DNA of 64,000 nt from an uncultured Pseudomonadales bacterium (GCA_964618725.1 CAZUBK010000004.1:15485-79484), one strand, 5' to 3'. Numbered from the stretch's first letter, positions 42,016 to 52,242 are shown. Numbers and translations are program-made. Notes: generated by a model not told the origin, from the letters alone.

Positions 42016-43177
42016 ACTTACTTATCAAACTACCAATTAACTCACTGAATTCTACACCATACATCGCCGCGGCTTCAGTGAATGGTAGCCCTAAATCTGG
42101 ACCAAAAGCAGTATTGGGATTACTATCTGTAAAGTACGGGATCCCCGTCTCTTCTTCGACCCGGACATCAAACTTGGCATAGTCCTTGTGGTGTAGTGCG
42201 TTAAATGCTCTGATCGCTAACTTAGTTACCCGACTTCTCAGCGGCTCATGGACTGGATTCACCTTCCACGCCTTTTCATCTTCATATGTCTCAATACTAG
42301 TAAAGTAATGCTTTCCATCCGCCTTAACCCGATACTTCTTTTCCACCAAGAATACATGTTTACGAGCTCCATCATCAAAGACACAGGCCGTCAACTCCGG
42401 CCCATCGATGAACTGCTCAACAATCACTGGTATCTTGTAGGTACTAATCATCTCATTCACCTTCTCCTGCGCCTCAGGAAAGCTCTCCTTCACGGCTTTG
42501 TTATCAATCCCCACCGACCCACCACTCTCATTCAACTTCACAATCAAGGGCACTCCGAGCGACTGATCAATCTTTGTTCCCACCCGCCTAATAAATTGAT
42601 AGGCTGGTGTTGGGATGTCATAGGCCATTAAGACTCTCTTAGTTAGGTTGCGATTATTCCCAATTACCATCCCCGTCATCCCCGCTCCTGTATACGGTAC
42701 ATTGGCTAACTCCAAGGCCGCTGGTACCGACGTCTGAAGCATGTCTTTACCTTTGAGCGTATCCACTAGATTAACCACTAAATTGGGCTTGTCAATTAAC
42801 AAATTAGTCAAAAAATACTGGTCACCTGGATACAACTTTGCCCTTATTCCCAGTTTCTCTATTTCTTCCGCCACCTCCTCAGCCCGATCCTCCACCTCCA
42901 CCTCAGCATCATAGGCCTCTTCCGTGGCAAACATCTCCCGCTCAACATGAGAATATGCCACCGCCACCAATTTAAGTCGTTTCAACCCTTCTTTATCTAC
43001 ATTCACCTTCGGCTTCTTCATCAACTGTTTTACTGACATGCCATTGCGTTTGATCACCTTCTCTTTCTTCTTGAGCTTTACCACCTTCTCCTCAAGCTTC
43101 GCCTTTGGCTTCACTTCCTCAACCACTTTAAGAGTTGATCCCTGTTCTTTCTCTATTTCCCCTTCTTTTCCTGGCAT
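41999..43177 (-). CDS. D-Ala-D-Ala ligase-like ATP-grasp enzyme
   Basis: LELANVPYTG, IVK..SGGSVGI, EQFIDGPE, AKFDVR, DSNPN. Confidence 0.85.
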   Translation of the reverse strand: MPGKEGEIEKEQGSTLKVVEEVKPKAKLEEKVVKLKKKEKVIKRNGMSVKQLMKKPKVNVDKEGLKRLKLVAVAYSHVEREMFATEEAYDAEVEVEDRAEEVAEEIEKLGIRAKLYPGDQYFLTNLLIDKPNLVVNLVDTLKGKDMLQTSVPAALELANVPYTGAGMTGMVIGNNRNLTKRVLMAYDIPTPAYQFIRRVGTKIDQSLGVPLIVKLNESGGSVGIDNKAVKESFPEAQEKVNEMISTYKIPVIVEQFIDGPELTACVFDDGARKHVFLVEKKYRVKADGKHYFTSIETYEDEKAWKVNPVHEPLRSRVTKLAIRAFNALHHKDYAKFDVRVEEETGIPYFTDSNPNTAFGPDLGLPFTEAAAMYGVEFSELIGSLISKYGKQL

Positions 43178-43228
43178 ATCTTCACTTTACTCAATATTGC
43201 CTCCCACTTGCAAGCCCAGCAGTTCCGC

Positions 43229-43465
43229 CTACCTCCGAAGCAAAAGACTCCAAGTCAACGCTCTCTCTGCCGCCTTCTCCTTCTCCGGCCGCTGAATCTC
43301 CTTAAACCACCAACTCCACTCCCGTCCTGCTACCTTCTCTCCATGGGGATACAAACTTGTTCCTCTATTTATAAACATGTCAGCCATGCTTAAATCCCCA
43401 TTTTGTAACCACCAAGAAATCCTCAACAAGTCAGTTGACCAATTCAATCTATCCTGTCTTGACAT
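43229..43465 (-). CDS. small hypothetical protein coupled to DUF5674-like gene
   Basis: Overlaps upstream ORF; DLLRIS...AERALTWS. Confidence 0.6.
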   Translation of the reverse strand: MSRQDRLNWSTDLLRISWWLQNGDLSMADMFINRGTSLYPHGEKVAGREWSWWFKEIQRPEKEKAAERALTWSLLLRR

Positions 43466-43796
43466 ATTTACCCATAAATCTACTAATTACTTCCAGCATC
43501 TTTCTTCTAATACTCTCATCGCTCACTATCTGACTGTTGTTTAAGTTCGGCCTCGTATTGATTAGCGATACATAATCCACTCCCCCTGTTGTTAAGTCTA
43601 TTCCCCCTCCCCATAGATCCTTTTGTTTACTTCCTTCTCTCAACAATACCTGCTCGGCATCCGCATGCCACTCCCCACCAATAGCCAAGATGCCTTGCTC
43701 CACATCAACCACCACTTTGATGTAATCACCCAAGTCTTCCCTCGCCAAAGATAGATCTTGATCAGCAACGATATCACGAACAACTATAACAGCCAT
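43449..43796 (-). CDS. DUF5674-like protein
   Basis: KVVVDV...GGEWHAD.E..LL..GS.QKDLWGG...SLINTRP. Confidence 0.75.
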   Translation of the reverse strand: MAVIVVRDIVADQDLSLAREDLGDYIKVVVDVEQGILAIGGEWHADAEQVLLREGSKQKDLWGGGIDLTTGGVDYVSLINTRPNLNNSQIVSDESIRRKMLEVISRFMGKYVKTG

Positions 43797-43840
43797 AAGC
43801 CAATTCTACCGTATCAATGGTAAAATACCCTTGTAAACTT

Positions 43841-43913
43841 AGGCGCGTAGCTCAGTTGGTAGAGCATTGGTCTCCAAAACCAAGGGTCCCAGGTTCAAGC
43901 CCTGGCGCGCCTG
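43841..43913 (+). tRNA. tRNA-Trp(CCA)
   Basis: AGGCGCG/CGCGCCT, TTGGT-CTCCAAA-ACCAA. Confidence 0.95.
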
Positions 43914-43916
43914 CAG

Positions 43917-44372
43917 CTATAGAACCAAACGGTAGTTGAATTTATCTCCTTCCTTCCCCGTCTGTCTGAATCCATTTTTCTCATAAAACCGGTGAGCCCT
44001 GGTCATTAACTCGTGAGTGTTTAAAATCACCTCCTTAAATTCCTGGGCTTTTGCGTAATCCAAAGCAACTTCAATCAATTTTTGGCCAATTCCCAATCCG
44101 TGAAAATCACTGTTCACAAACATTCTATTTAACTTCGCTTGATCACCTCCCATGTCCCTTATTCCCACCGTCCCAACAACTTCTCCATTTTTAACTGCTA
44201 CCCAAAAATTTCCCCTACCACTATAAACCTCGTGGATCCGAAACAAATCCTCATCATCTATAACTTCCTCAGACTCAGGAATGACCTTAAGCCATTTTAA
44301 GGACTGATCAATAAGCTTAATAACCTGATCCCGATATTCAGGCTTAAACTGTACAATTTTATAGTCTTCCAT
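43917..44372 (-). CDS. GNAT acetyltransferase
   Basis: RMFV..DFHGLGIG, A.RFYEKNGF. Confidence 0.9.
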   Translation of the reverse strand: MEDYKIVQFKPEYRDQVIKLIDQSLKWLKVIPESEEVIDDEDLFRIHEVYSGRGNFWVAVKNGEVVGTVGIRDMGGDQAKLNRMFVNSDFHGLGIGQKLIEVALDYAKAQEFKEVILNTHELMTRAHRFYEKNGFRQTGKEGDKFNYRLVL

Positions 44373-44502
44373 AATCAAAATTATACGTCAGACAATAAGT
44401 TCCCACAAAGTGGTTCGACCACGCTCAACATCTACGATCCATTAGTCCCTGCAATCTCATGCTAAAATTTCTCTCAACACTTGCACCTTAAAGGAGAAGA
44501 AC

Positions 44503-44739
44503 TTGAAATTCACCCGAGTCACCCATTACGCACAAAACGACCCTGAATACATGTCCGATTATCTTAATATCGAACTCCTCAACGAAGCTGGTACAGCTAT
44601 TCTCTCATTTAGTGATGCCTATCACGAACACGGGCAAGATATCATCAAAGGCTTCATTATGGGAATCGAATACCTCACTAACCAAAAGATTGAGGTGATC
44701 GAGTTAGATATTGCAGACGGACCAGAACAGATTTGGTAG
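44503..44739 (+). CDS. small acidic hypothetical protein
   Basis: -10 TAAAAT, GCACCTTAAAGGAG leader, TTG start. Confidence 0.65.
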   Translation: MKFTRVTHYAQNDPEYMSDYLNIELLNEAGTAILSFSDAYHEHGQDIIKGFIMGIEYLTNQKIEVIELDIADGPEQIW

Positions 44740-44795
44740 TTCTGTGCTATACTTATAAGGTACAATCACATCACCGTTCCACTAAGGAGAAATCA

Positions 44796-45236
44796 ATGCG
44801 TTGTCCCAATTGTAATTCAGATAATCCATCTAACGCCAAGTTCTGCAATCAGTGTGGCTCCAATCTCCAACCAACCAAGAATGACAATCCTGATACCTTC
44901 GTTCCTGAAGGACCACCACTCATATATTTCGGTATCTTTACCCGTGGCGGATATGGCGATGGCTACTCAACCTCGTTCGGTTTTGAAACTAGCCCTGAAC
45001 AAGCGCTCAAGTGGCTCAATAGTCCAGCGTCTCTCTCGTTGTTCAATCCAAACGAGGAATATTTCCTCGGCAAGGTCAGCCCAATGAGCCTATTCCCCAC
45101 CGATCCTCAAAAAATGATCTCTGAGCGTTTCAACGTTCATGAATGGTACAAACTCATTTGGAATGACCAGAACTGGGAAATCGGAGAGAAATTGTCCGTT
45201 CAGCCCTCTACCATCGGCCTCTCGCCTTTAGAATAG
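44796..45236 (+). CDS. zinc-ribbon domain protein
   Basis: MRCPNC...AKFCNQCG; AAGGAG SD; terminator 45251-45278. Confidence 0.75.
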   Translation: MRCPNCNSDNPSNAKFCNQCGSNLQPTKNDNPDTFVPEGPPLIYFGIFTRGGYGDGYSTSFGFETSPEQALKWLNSPASLSLFNPNEEYFLGKVSPMSLFPTDPQKMISERFNVHEWYKLIWNDQNWEIGEKLSVQPSTIGLSPLE

Positions 45237-45421
45237 TCCTACTCTACTACAACCCACACTCTTCAGTGTGGGTTTTCTATATCCAAGTTCCACATAGTGG
45301 TTCTACCACGCTCACCATCTGCGATCCACCAGAGCCTACAAACTAGCCCCATAATTTGACTTCCCTTCTCTAACCTGAGATAATCTGGCTATCGATTTCC
45401 AAAATCAAAAAGGAGTCTAAC

Positions 45422-45901
45422 TTGAAAAACTTAGCTGGTGATCGTGACTGCGACCGCACAATTGAATCAGAACTGACCCAAGCCGGTATAGAAATACTAA
45501 AACTTCCCGGCTCACTGAATCTGGAAGTCCCAGCCTCTATCATTGGGATTCTTGGTCCTTTCAAATTCTCCCGAGCTTGGTACTATTGGGAGGCAGAAGG
45601 CAAGGTTCCGCTTGCTGTTGCCAACGAAATGTACGAAACCGAAATTGGTAGAAAGTTTATTCGAGTTGCCGGTCACGCAGGTTGCCCACCCCCTCACGAG
45701 TGGGCATTCCCAGAGCTTGACGACAGTCTAGCATCACAGCTGACTGCTTTAGGACTTGACTGTCCTACCTACGATGAAATTGCTGAACTTCTTGATAGCG
45801 GCCAGATTACCGGTGATCGATTTGTTAATCCGTATCACATCGATTCTCAAGAAGGACTCAATCTCTTTGCTGCCACTCTTCGAAAACACGATCTAGTCTA
45901 G
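45422..45901 (+). CDS. hypothetical protein (phage-like character)
   Basis: AAGGAG SD, TTG start, RAWYYW and IRVAGHAG motifs, terminator 45910-45934. Confidence 0.75.
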   Translation: MKNLAGDRDCDRTIESELTQAGIEILKLPGSLNLEVPASIIGILGPFKFSRAWYYWEAEGKVPLAVANEMYETEIGRKFIRVAGHAGCPPPHEWAFPELDDSLASQLTALGLDCPTYDEIAELLDSGQITGDRFVNPYHIDSQEGLNLFAATLRKHDLV

Positions 45902-46043
45902 GAATCTATACCCACACGCAAGTGTGGGTTTTCTGTGTAGGTAAACACCAACAAAATCAATTTATCCCTCTCTACATAAGGCTAACAGTAGCCTCATCAT
46001 GTTATACTCGCCTGCATCGCACTTTTATTCAGGAGAAACCAAC

Positions 46044-46394
46044 GTGAGCAATTTAGCTCCAGCTCTATCGACCAAACAAGCCATTGATCTCATCCAGGAT
46101 CAGAAACCCCGGGGGAAATACAAAGCACATTTTTTCACTAGCTATGAACTAGTCAAAGCAAACATCGAATACGGATTTGAGATTGACAACCCCGCTTGGC
46201 GGCATGAAGCCTGCTTAGCCAATGTCACTGTCTACGATCCTGTTACCGACGAACACCGATTAACCCAGATCTTTTTAGCAAAGCTACATCAAAGCTGGGG
46301 CAATAACACTACCTGGTGCCTAGGCTTCTTCATTCCGCACGCCGAAACAATGATTCTCCTCGAATATCGCATTCTTAATCAACATCTCAAATAG
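46044..46394 (+). CDS. hypothetical protein
   Basis: TATACT -10, AGGAG SD before GTG 46044, terminator ~46404-46432. Confidence 0.65.
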   Translation: MSNLAPALSTKQAIDLIQDQKPRGKYKAHFFTSYELVKANIEYGFEIDNPAWRHEACLANVTVYDPVTDEHRLTQIFLAKLHQSWGNNTTWCLGFFIPHAETMILLEYRILNQHLK

Positions 46395-46528
46395 TACGCA
46401 ACCCCCCGCCCTCTACCAAGGGCGGGTTTTTTAACTCCACCAACGCATTGGCCTCTCGGTAAATTTATTCCAATAGTGCATCAATCAAGATATAATCACC
46501 CCCAAGCACATTGAAAAAGGAGAAACAA

Positions 46529-46951
46529 ATGACCGACGACTCAGTGGACATCCTCAAGGCCCCATTCACCGAAGATCAGGTTAAAGCCATCACCGAATAC
46601 CAACAAGAAAGCCCTTGGCATCAGTACACCTGCTACACCGATTCTCAACATCCAACACTCGTCGCCTCCACCGATGGTTTAATCTGCAACGAATGTGGCC
46701 ATGTCCAAAACTGGGTATTTGCCTCAACCGCAGACGGATCCTGGAAGACGAATTACAATGACTTAACCAAACATTACGAAGATAGACTTTGTCAACTCGC
46801 CCAGAAATGGCGTGAGACCCACGATGGGGAACTCATTTCCCAATATTGTGGAATCATCTATCTCCTACTTGCCATCGATTGGGACAAAGATCTCGATTTC
46901 GTCTGTGAACTCCCAAGTGAGTTAATGCCAAAAGAATACTTCAACCATTAA
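46529..46951 (+). CDS. hypothetical protein with H/C Zn-finger-like motif
   Basis: HQYTC...H..L...CNECG; GCACATTGAAAAAGGAG leader; terminator ~46972-47000. Confidence 0.7.
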   Translation: MTDDSVDILKAPFTEDQVKAITEYQQESPWHQYTCYTDSQHPTLVASTDGLICNECGHVQNWVFASTADGSWKTNYNDLTKHYEDRLCQLAQKWRETHDGELISQYCGIIYLLLAIDWDKDLDFVCELPSELMPKEYFNH

Positions 46952-47099
46952 CCCTCTCAAGCCCATTTTCCAAATCCACACTGCGGTGTGGATTTCTTTT
47001 ATCTCTCTTTTTTGCTTCCAAAAACTATGGGTTGCAAGAAATCGCTCTTTCGAATATAATCATTTTATTCGTACTCTGTTATCGATAAGGAGATCTCAG

Positions 47100-47549
47100 T
47101 TGATCTACGTCGAAGCACCAAATACCTATATTGGCACCGAACTCTCACTCTTTCTGGCCGGTGGTATTACCGACTGCCCCAATTGGCAACATGAGCTTGT
47201 CAGATCCTTATCTAATACCAAACTCGCCCTTTATAACCCCCGTCGAGCCAACTTTCCCATACATGATCCATCGGCCGCCAATGGACAAATTGAATGGGAA
47301 ATTCAGTATCTACAAAAAGCCAGTGCAATCTCCTTTTGGTTTTGTCGTGAGACCCTCTGCCCCATCGTCCTCTACGAACTGGGCCTATGGTCACAACCCG
47401 GAGGTAAACCAATCTTTGTTGGTGTCGATCCTGAATATCAACGAAAACTCGATGTCATTATTCAAACCGCAAACCATCGACCAGAGGTCATGGTAGTGCA
47501 TTCACTGGAAGATTTAGCTTCGCAAATAATAGACTGGTACCTAACTTAA
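47100..47549 (+). CDS. nucleoside 2-deoxyribosyltransferase-like protein
   Basis: FLAGGI..CPNWQ, YNPRR, QIEWE, PIVLYELG. Confidence 0.85.
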   Translation: MIYVEAPNTYIGTELSLFLAGGITDCPNWQHELVRSLSNTKLALYNPRRANFPIHDPSAANGQIEWEIQYLQKASAISFWFCRETLCPIVLYELGLWSQPGGKPIFVGVDPEYQRKLDVIIQTANHRPEVMVVHSLEDLASQIIDWYLT

Positions 47550-47632
47550 GTAGTGTAAAACTACCCCCGCATGTTGCGGGGTTTTTGTGTAAAATAGCCT
47601 CACCGTACTTTGACTCAACAAAGGAGTAGTCT

Positions 47633-47845
47633 ATGTCCTCCCATCAGCTCACCATTGAAGAGGTCAAAACCAGGAAAGCTAAAATAGACCAACGCCGCTA
47701 TCTCCTGGAAAGAGAACAAAGAGAACTCAACAAGGATCTCAAACGGCTACAGGAACAATGTCCTCACACCAACGCTTTCCCTACTCATCCAGGCAGAGAA
47801 TGCCCTGATTGCGGTCAAGTCCTTCGCCATTATCCCGTAATCTGA
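47633..47845 (+). CDS. small coiled-coil plus CxH...CxxC protein
   Basis: AAGGAG SD; LQEQCPH...CPDCG. Confidence 0.7.
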   Translation: MSSHQLTIEEVKTRKAKIDQRRYLLEREQRELNKDLKRLQEQCPHTNAFPTHPGRECPDCGQVLRHYPVI

Positions 47846-47890
47846 TCAAGTCACTTCAAAAATGCCCTCCGCTAAGGAGGGCTATTTAAC

Positions 47891-48649
47891 CTACTGACAT
47901 TCCGCCTCTAACAACATCGTCTTGAACTCTTCCAAATCGCCTATGCCATCATGGTTGCTATCAGGATCAAGAAAATTGTATCCCAAGATACCGCTTAAGA
48001 CTACCTCCGCGATATCCGGTACCCCATCCCCATCACTATCGGGATCAAAATAGGTCAAATTAACGGGAATCCGACACGCCCGCATCTCCATCTCGAATCC
48101 ATCAGCCATTCCATCCCCATCGGTATCGGGATCAAGCGGATTACTGTAATGTGACTCATAGGCATCCTTTACCCCGTCACCATCTGTATCCGGGTTACCC
48201 GAATCAGTTCCAATTTGCCTCTCGTAGTCATCCGGCAGCGAGTCGTCATCCGAATCAGCATTGGGAACCAATGGATCAAGGCCGTGTAGGTCTCCAAATG
48301 TTATCTCCACCCAATCCTCGAATCCATCCTTATCTGTATCGGGATCAAGCGGATCCGTTCTCAAGCGCTTCTCTTCACCATCCCAGACATTATCTTCGTC
48401 GGTATCAAAAAGCTTCGGATTAGTTCCATCCTCTATCTCTTCCGAATAGGTCAGACCATCACCATCATCATCACTCTCCGAGTCTGGTACTTGCGTCGGA
48501 GTTGGAGCTAGTGTCTCGGCCGGCCCGAAGGAAAATGGAGTACCCACCATTTCCGTGGCTTCTACCGTGGCTTCTTCAGTTAAAATCGTCTCAACCTGTT
48601 TACACCCACCCAGTAGCAACAGAAAAAAGATCGCCAATACTCTTTTCAT
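47891..48649 (-). CDS. lipoprotein with thrombospondin type-3-like Ca-binding repeats
   Basis: LGGC lipobox; repeated TDP..PDTDGDG. Confidence 0.85.
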   Translation of the reverse strand: MKRVLAIFFLLLLGGCKQVETILTEEATVEATEMVGTPFSFGPAETLAPTPTQVPDSESDDDGDGLTYSEEIEDGTNPKLFDTDEDNVWDGEEKRLRTDPLDPDTDKDGFEDWVEITFGDLHGLDPLVPNADSDDDSLPDDYERQIGTDSGNPDTDGDGVKDAYESHYSNPLDPDTDGDGMADGFEMEMRACRIPVNLTYFDPDSDGDGVPDIAEVVLSGILGYNFLDPDSNHDGIGDLEEFKTMLLEAECQ

Positions 48650-48714
48650 CTCAACCTCAACATCTTCTTAAAGTACGTTCGCCAGAGTATACACCTTAGT
48701 AAAATATAATCCCC

Positions 48715-49362
48715 TCACTCTCCCTCCCCTACATACTCGAGCTCATAACCAATCTTCCTCCTTCTCAACCCTTTCTCTAATAATAGATTCCTCTGTCGGC
48801 TCGAAACTAGCATTAACCCCTTTTTTCTCCCCTCCATTCTCATCTCCTTAAAGCGTATTTTCAACTTCTTAAGAACCTCCTCTACCCTGACTACTTCAGT
48901 TGCCTTAATCAATATCAGGTAACTATCTCCCTTCAAGCCGATCTTGTATTGTAGTGTCGCCAAAGGGTTTAGCATTAGCACCAAGACCGTCGTTAATAAC
49001 GCCGGTGAATAGAATCCTGCCCCCAAGGCCACCCCGATTGCCGCACTCACCCAGATCGTTGCCGCCGTCGTTACCCCAACCACCTTATTACCCCCATTCT
49101 TGAGTATCACTCCCGCCCCCAAAAAACCGATCCCCGAGACAATCTGTGCCATCAATCTCGCCGGATCTGCCGCCGGATGATCATAGATCTTGCCCAAATA
49201 TACCGACATTCCTGACAACAAAGCCGAACCGACACAAACAAGCATTTGCGTCCTAATCCCTGCCGCTTTTCCACTTCGTTCTCGATCATATCCCACCACC
49301 ACACCAGCAACAAAGGCCAAAAACACCCTAAACAAAATCACTACCTGTATCGAGTCAATCAT
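48715..49362 (-). CDS. MgtC/SapB family protein
   Basis: GYDRE...AGIRT, DPARLMAQIVSGIGFLGAG, TTAATIW. Confidence 0.92.
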   Translation of the reverse strand: MIDSIQVVILFRVFLAFVAGVVVGYDRERSGKAAGIRTQMLVCVGSALLSGMSVYLGKIYDHPAADPARLMAQIVSGIGFLGAGVILKNGGNKVVGVTTAATIWVSAAIGVALGAGFYSPALLTTVLVLMLNPLATLQYKIGLKGDSYLILIKATEVVRVEEVLKKLKIRFKEMRMEGRKKGLMLVSSRQRNLLLEKGLRRRKIGYELEYVGEGE

Positions 49363-49487
49363 TGGCGGTATTCTACACCCCCACCTATTTCCTCAACCCC
49401 TTTTTGCTATAGGTTGCATTATCTCTCCAATTCAGTTAAAATGACCCTCTGTTCAACTGTAAGCACCTTAAAAAAGGAGTCAGCTAT

Positions 49488-50303
49488 ATGGATCTGGGCA
49501 ACCTCTATCACAGTGGGCCTCGTTATGATCAACAGTACACCGGGTACGAATCAGACATCCCCTTCCTCGTTCAACTGGCTGAGGAGTTTGCCGGCATCGA
49601 GCCAGTTCTCGAGTTCGCTTGCGGCACCGGTCGTATCACCATCCCGATTGCACAGGCGGGACACCGCATTATTGGCGTCGACATCTCACCCGCCATGTTG
49701 CAAACCGCCACCGACAAGATCAAACTACTCGATCCAAAACCTGCCAAAAACGTCACCTTAATCGAAGCTGATATGCGTACCTACATCTCACCCCATGCCG
49801 GCTTTCATCACTTGGCCCTCGTCCCTTTTACCGCCTTTCTCCATCTGACTTCTCAGACAGATCAACTGGCCGCTCTCAGTAACTTCGCCCTAAATCTCCA
49901 CCCCTCTTTAGGCTTTCTCCTCGTCGACATTTTTAACCCCAAGTTGAAACGCCTGACCGATTCCGATACCACTTCAATCCCCTTTCTTGAAAAACAGGTT
50001 CCCATTAACAACGGCCAGCACATCCTGATCCGCCAGACTGCCACCGAATACTTCCCCGCCAGTCAAAACTGTCGTTGGACATTTTTAGTCAACATTTACG
50101 ACGCCGTCACCGGCAACCTGGTTGAGTCATATCGTGAGGCTAGTACTGTTCGCATTATCTTCCCTAATGAATGGCGCCTCCTGCTCCAACTTGCCGGCTT
50201 TACCATTATCAAAAAATGGGGTAACTACCAGTATCAACCCTTCGTTGATACCTCTCCCCGCATGCTCTTTCTCGCCAAAAGGACTCATAACCCGCTAGTT
50301 TAG
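49488..50303 (+). CDS. class I SAM-dependent methyltransferase
   Basis: VLEFACGTGR, GVDIS..ML, ADMR. Confidence 0.9.
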   Translation: MDLGNLYHSGPRYDQQYTGYESDIPFLVQLAEEFAGIEPVLEFACGTGRITIPIAQAGHRIIGVDISPAMLQTATDKIKLLDPKPAKNVTLIEADMRTYISPHAGFHHLALVPFTAFLHLTSQTDQLAALSNFALNLHPSLGFLLVDIFNPKLKRLTDSDTTSIPFLEKQVPINNGQHILIRQTATEYFPASQNCRWTFLVNIYDAVTGNLVESYREASTVRIIFPNEWRLLLQLAGFTIIKKWGNYQYQPFVDTSPRMLFLAKRTHNPLV

Positions 50304-50377
50304 TGCCATATTGACACACCGAACAACTTAAGGTAATATTACAGGGTACAAATACAACTCAACAAGGAGAAGCTCAA

Positions 50378-50767
50378 GTGAGTTACATCAGTCTTTTCGT
50401 CGCTCTGCTTCAGACCATGGGCTCAACCCTCACCGGGGCACCCTGGTGGGACCTATATCTTGATAACCTCGTTGGTGTCGAAACCTGGTTCTACCACGCT
50501 TCGTGGTGGATTTGGGGAATCGCCCTCGTCATCGCTATCGTCTTCGTCGTTCTCGCCTATCTTGGTGGAGAAAACAAAGACGCCGGTATCGGCGCCGGTC
50601 TTGGCTGTGGTTGCTTGATGATCGTTCTTCTTACCCTCCCTCTCTGGGAATGGATAACTTTAAAACTGGCCCAGGGGATGGCTTCGGCTATTGACCCCAC
50701 CGGTGTCGTCAATCAGGGGCAGCTCATCATGAACGCCTTGCTTTACGCTCTGCTCGGCACTGGATAA
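50378..50767 (+). CDS. membrane protein
   Basis: TTGACA promoter, AAGGAG SD, GTG start, terminator 50777-50803. Confidence 0.7.
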   Translation: MSYISLFVALLQTMGSTLTGAPWWDLYLDNLVGVETWFYHASWWIWGIALVIAIVFVVLAYLGGENKDAGIGAGLGCGCLMIVLLTLPLWEWITLKLAQGMASAIDPTGVVNQGQLIMNALLYALLGTG

Positions 50768-50887
50768 TCCCATCTCGGCCCACACTTCCCATGTGGGCCT
50801 TTTCCTTTATCGCCCTCTTGACTATGAGCCTGTTTAAGGCTATACTTTCCTTACTTTGTTCCTTCTCACATATAAAGGAGTCGTAAA

Positions 50888-51253
50888 ATGGCTGATCTTC
50901 TTAAAGATGATCCGACTTTCACAGGCACAGTACTTCAGAGTCGTGATGAGTTTGGTTATTACCTTCAGAGAGGAGACCAGATCTTCATCCAGCCGGGATA
51001 CGCCTATGATCCCGAGCACGAAACTGACACCACGCTCACAACCGACGAAAATGGTCTCAACGTGCAACCTGTCATCGATTATGTTTATGCCGTCAAAGGC
51101 AACAGCGTCCTGACCTGCATGGGTTGGACACTAGGCGGTTGCCACGCCGCCGGCCACGTCGGCATGACCGGGCACTCGGTGCCCGAGCCTTCCAACAAGG
51201 CTAGGCGTCTCGAAGCGCTGGCGAATCGCCAGCAAAACTCCGATCTCAATTAA
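50888..51253 (+). CDS. hypothetical protein
   Basis: TTGACT-17-TATACT, AAGGAG SD, terminator 51270-51296. Confidence 0.7.
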   Translation: MADLLKDDPTFTGTVLQSRDEFGYYLQRGDQIFIQPGYAYDPEHETDTTLTTDENGLNVQPVIDYVYAVKGNSVLTCMGWTLGGCHAAGHVGMTGHSVPEPSNKARRLEALANRQQNSDLN

Positions 51254-51297
51254 TGATTCTTTCCCTCACACCACCCCCTCATCGGGGTGGTTTTTTC

Positions 51298-52143
51298 TTA
51301 CCCCATTTTTCTCGCTTTCCTCAACTGCTTCATCACCTGCCACATTACCTGCATGTTCGGATCATCAAAATCCCAGCTATTTATCTTCTCCACTACTCCG
51401 GCATAGTGCCCCCTGAATCTTCTTGGTATCTCCATTGCCATCATCGTCATTAGACCATCAACCACCAACTGTCTCGCCTCACGCCGGGAAAAGTGACCAC
51501 ACAAGTTTTCGTACACTAAGGCCACATCCACCATGGGTAATGCCTTTACTTCAGGTCGTGGTGACCAGATCTTGTATTCGGTCACAATCGGCAACACCAT
51601 TCCCGCCTTTTCCCCCACAAAAACAGCTCCGCGTTGAGCCGCCACCATAGGCAGCTGGATCGGTATCACCAGTTTTCCAATCTTCCTTTTCTCCGTTGTC
51701 CTCGTCCCTTCAGGGTAGATCAAGACCACTCCTCCCGGCTTACTTAATATCTCCTCACTCCTAACGATAGCCGTCCTCGCCGCCTCCATTCTCCGTGCCT
51801 GACTTACTCGATTGTTGTCATGCTGATATACCCTGATCGGCTCCATCCCCCATTCTTGCAATGCCCCCATCACCAGTCTTCCATATTTACCCATCTCTCC
51901 ATCAAAAAACTTACTTGTCATCACAATACCTGTTTCTCCCCTATTTCCCAAATATTGCAAAATCGTCTCAATCCCATATACCGCCCCAATTGAATTAGGG
52001 TGATTACTCACTACCACCAGACTATGCTCTCTTAAATACTCATTAGCCAAGAATAGATTCCGCTCTCCTTCAACCCGCATTAAACCACCCTCAATATTTG
52101 CTATCAAACCGGCTATTCTTCCCACCCACCTCTCCTTGTCCAT
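51298..52143 (-). CDS. PlsC-like acyltransferase family protein
   Basis: VVSNH and IYPEGTR blocks. Confidence 0.75.
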   Translation of the reverse strand: MDKERWVGRIAGLIANIEGGLMRVEGERNLFLANEYLREHSLVVVSNHPNSIGAVYGIETILQYLGNRGETGIVMTSKFFDGEMGKYGRLVMGALQEWGMEPIRVYQHDNNRVSQARRMEAARTAIVRSEEILSKPGGVVLIYPEGTRTTEKRKIGKLVIPIQLPMVAAQRGAVFVGEKAGMVLPIVTEYKIWSPRPEVKALPMVDVALVYENLCGHFSRREARQLVVDGLMTMMAMEIPRRFRGHYAGVVEKINSWDFDDPNMQVMWQVMKQLRKARKMG

Positions 52144-52242
52144 ATCTTAGTATTGTAATGACAACTACTGATGAAATCATACCATTCATCACTAAACGCA
52201 ATCAGGGGCGGCAATAGCCGCCCCTTCTCATGGTTACACTCT

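Noticed and set aside
43841-43913. UGA recoding (genetic code 25)
   Set aside because: tRNA-Trp is CCA and TGA terminates intact genes such as mreB, fmt and atpA
44400-47885. Classical integron
   Set aside because: No intI and no attC-type RYYYAAC...GTTRRRY sites recognised; genes carry their own promoters
47891-48649. DGR or DNA-level tandem repeat
   Set aside because: Repeats are protein-level DxDGDG motifs with synonymous variation; no reverse transcriptase or TR/VR pair
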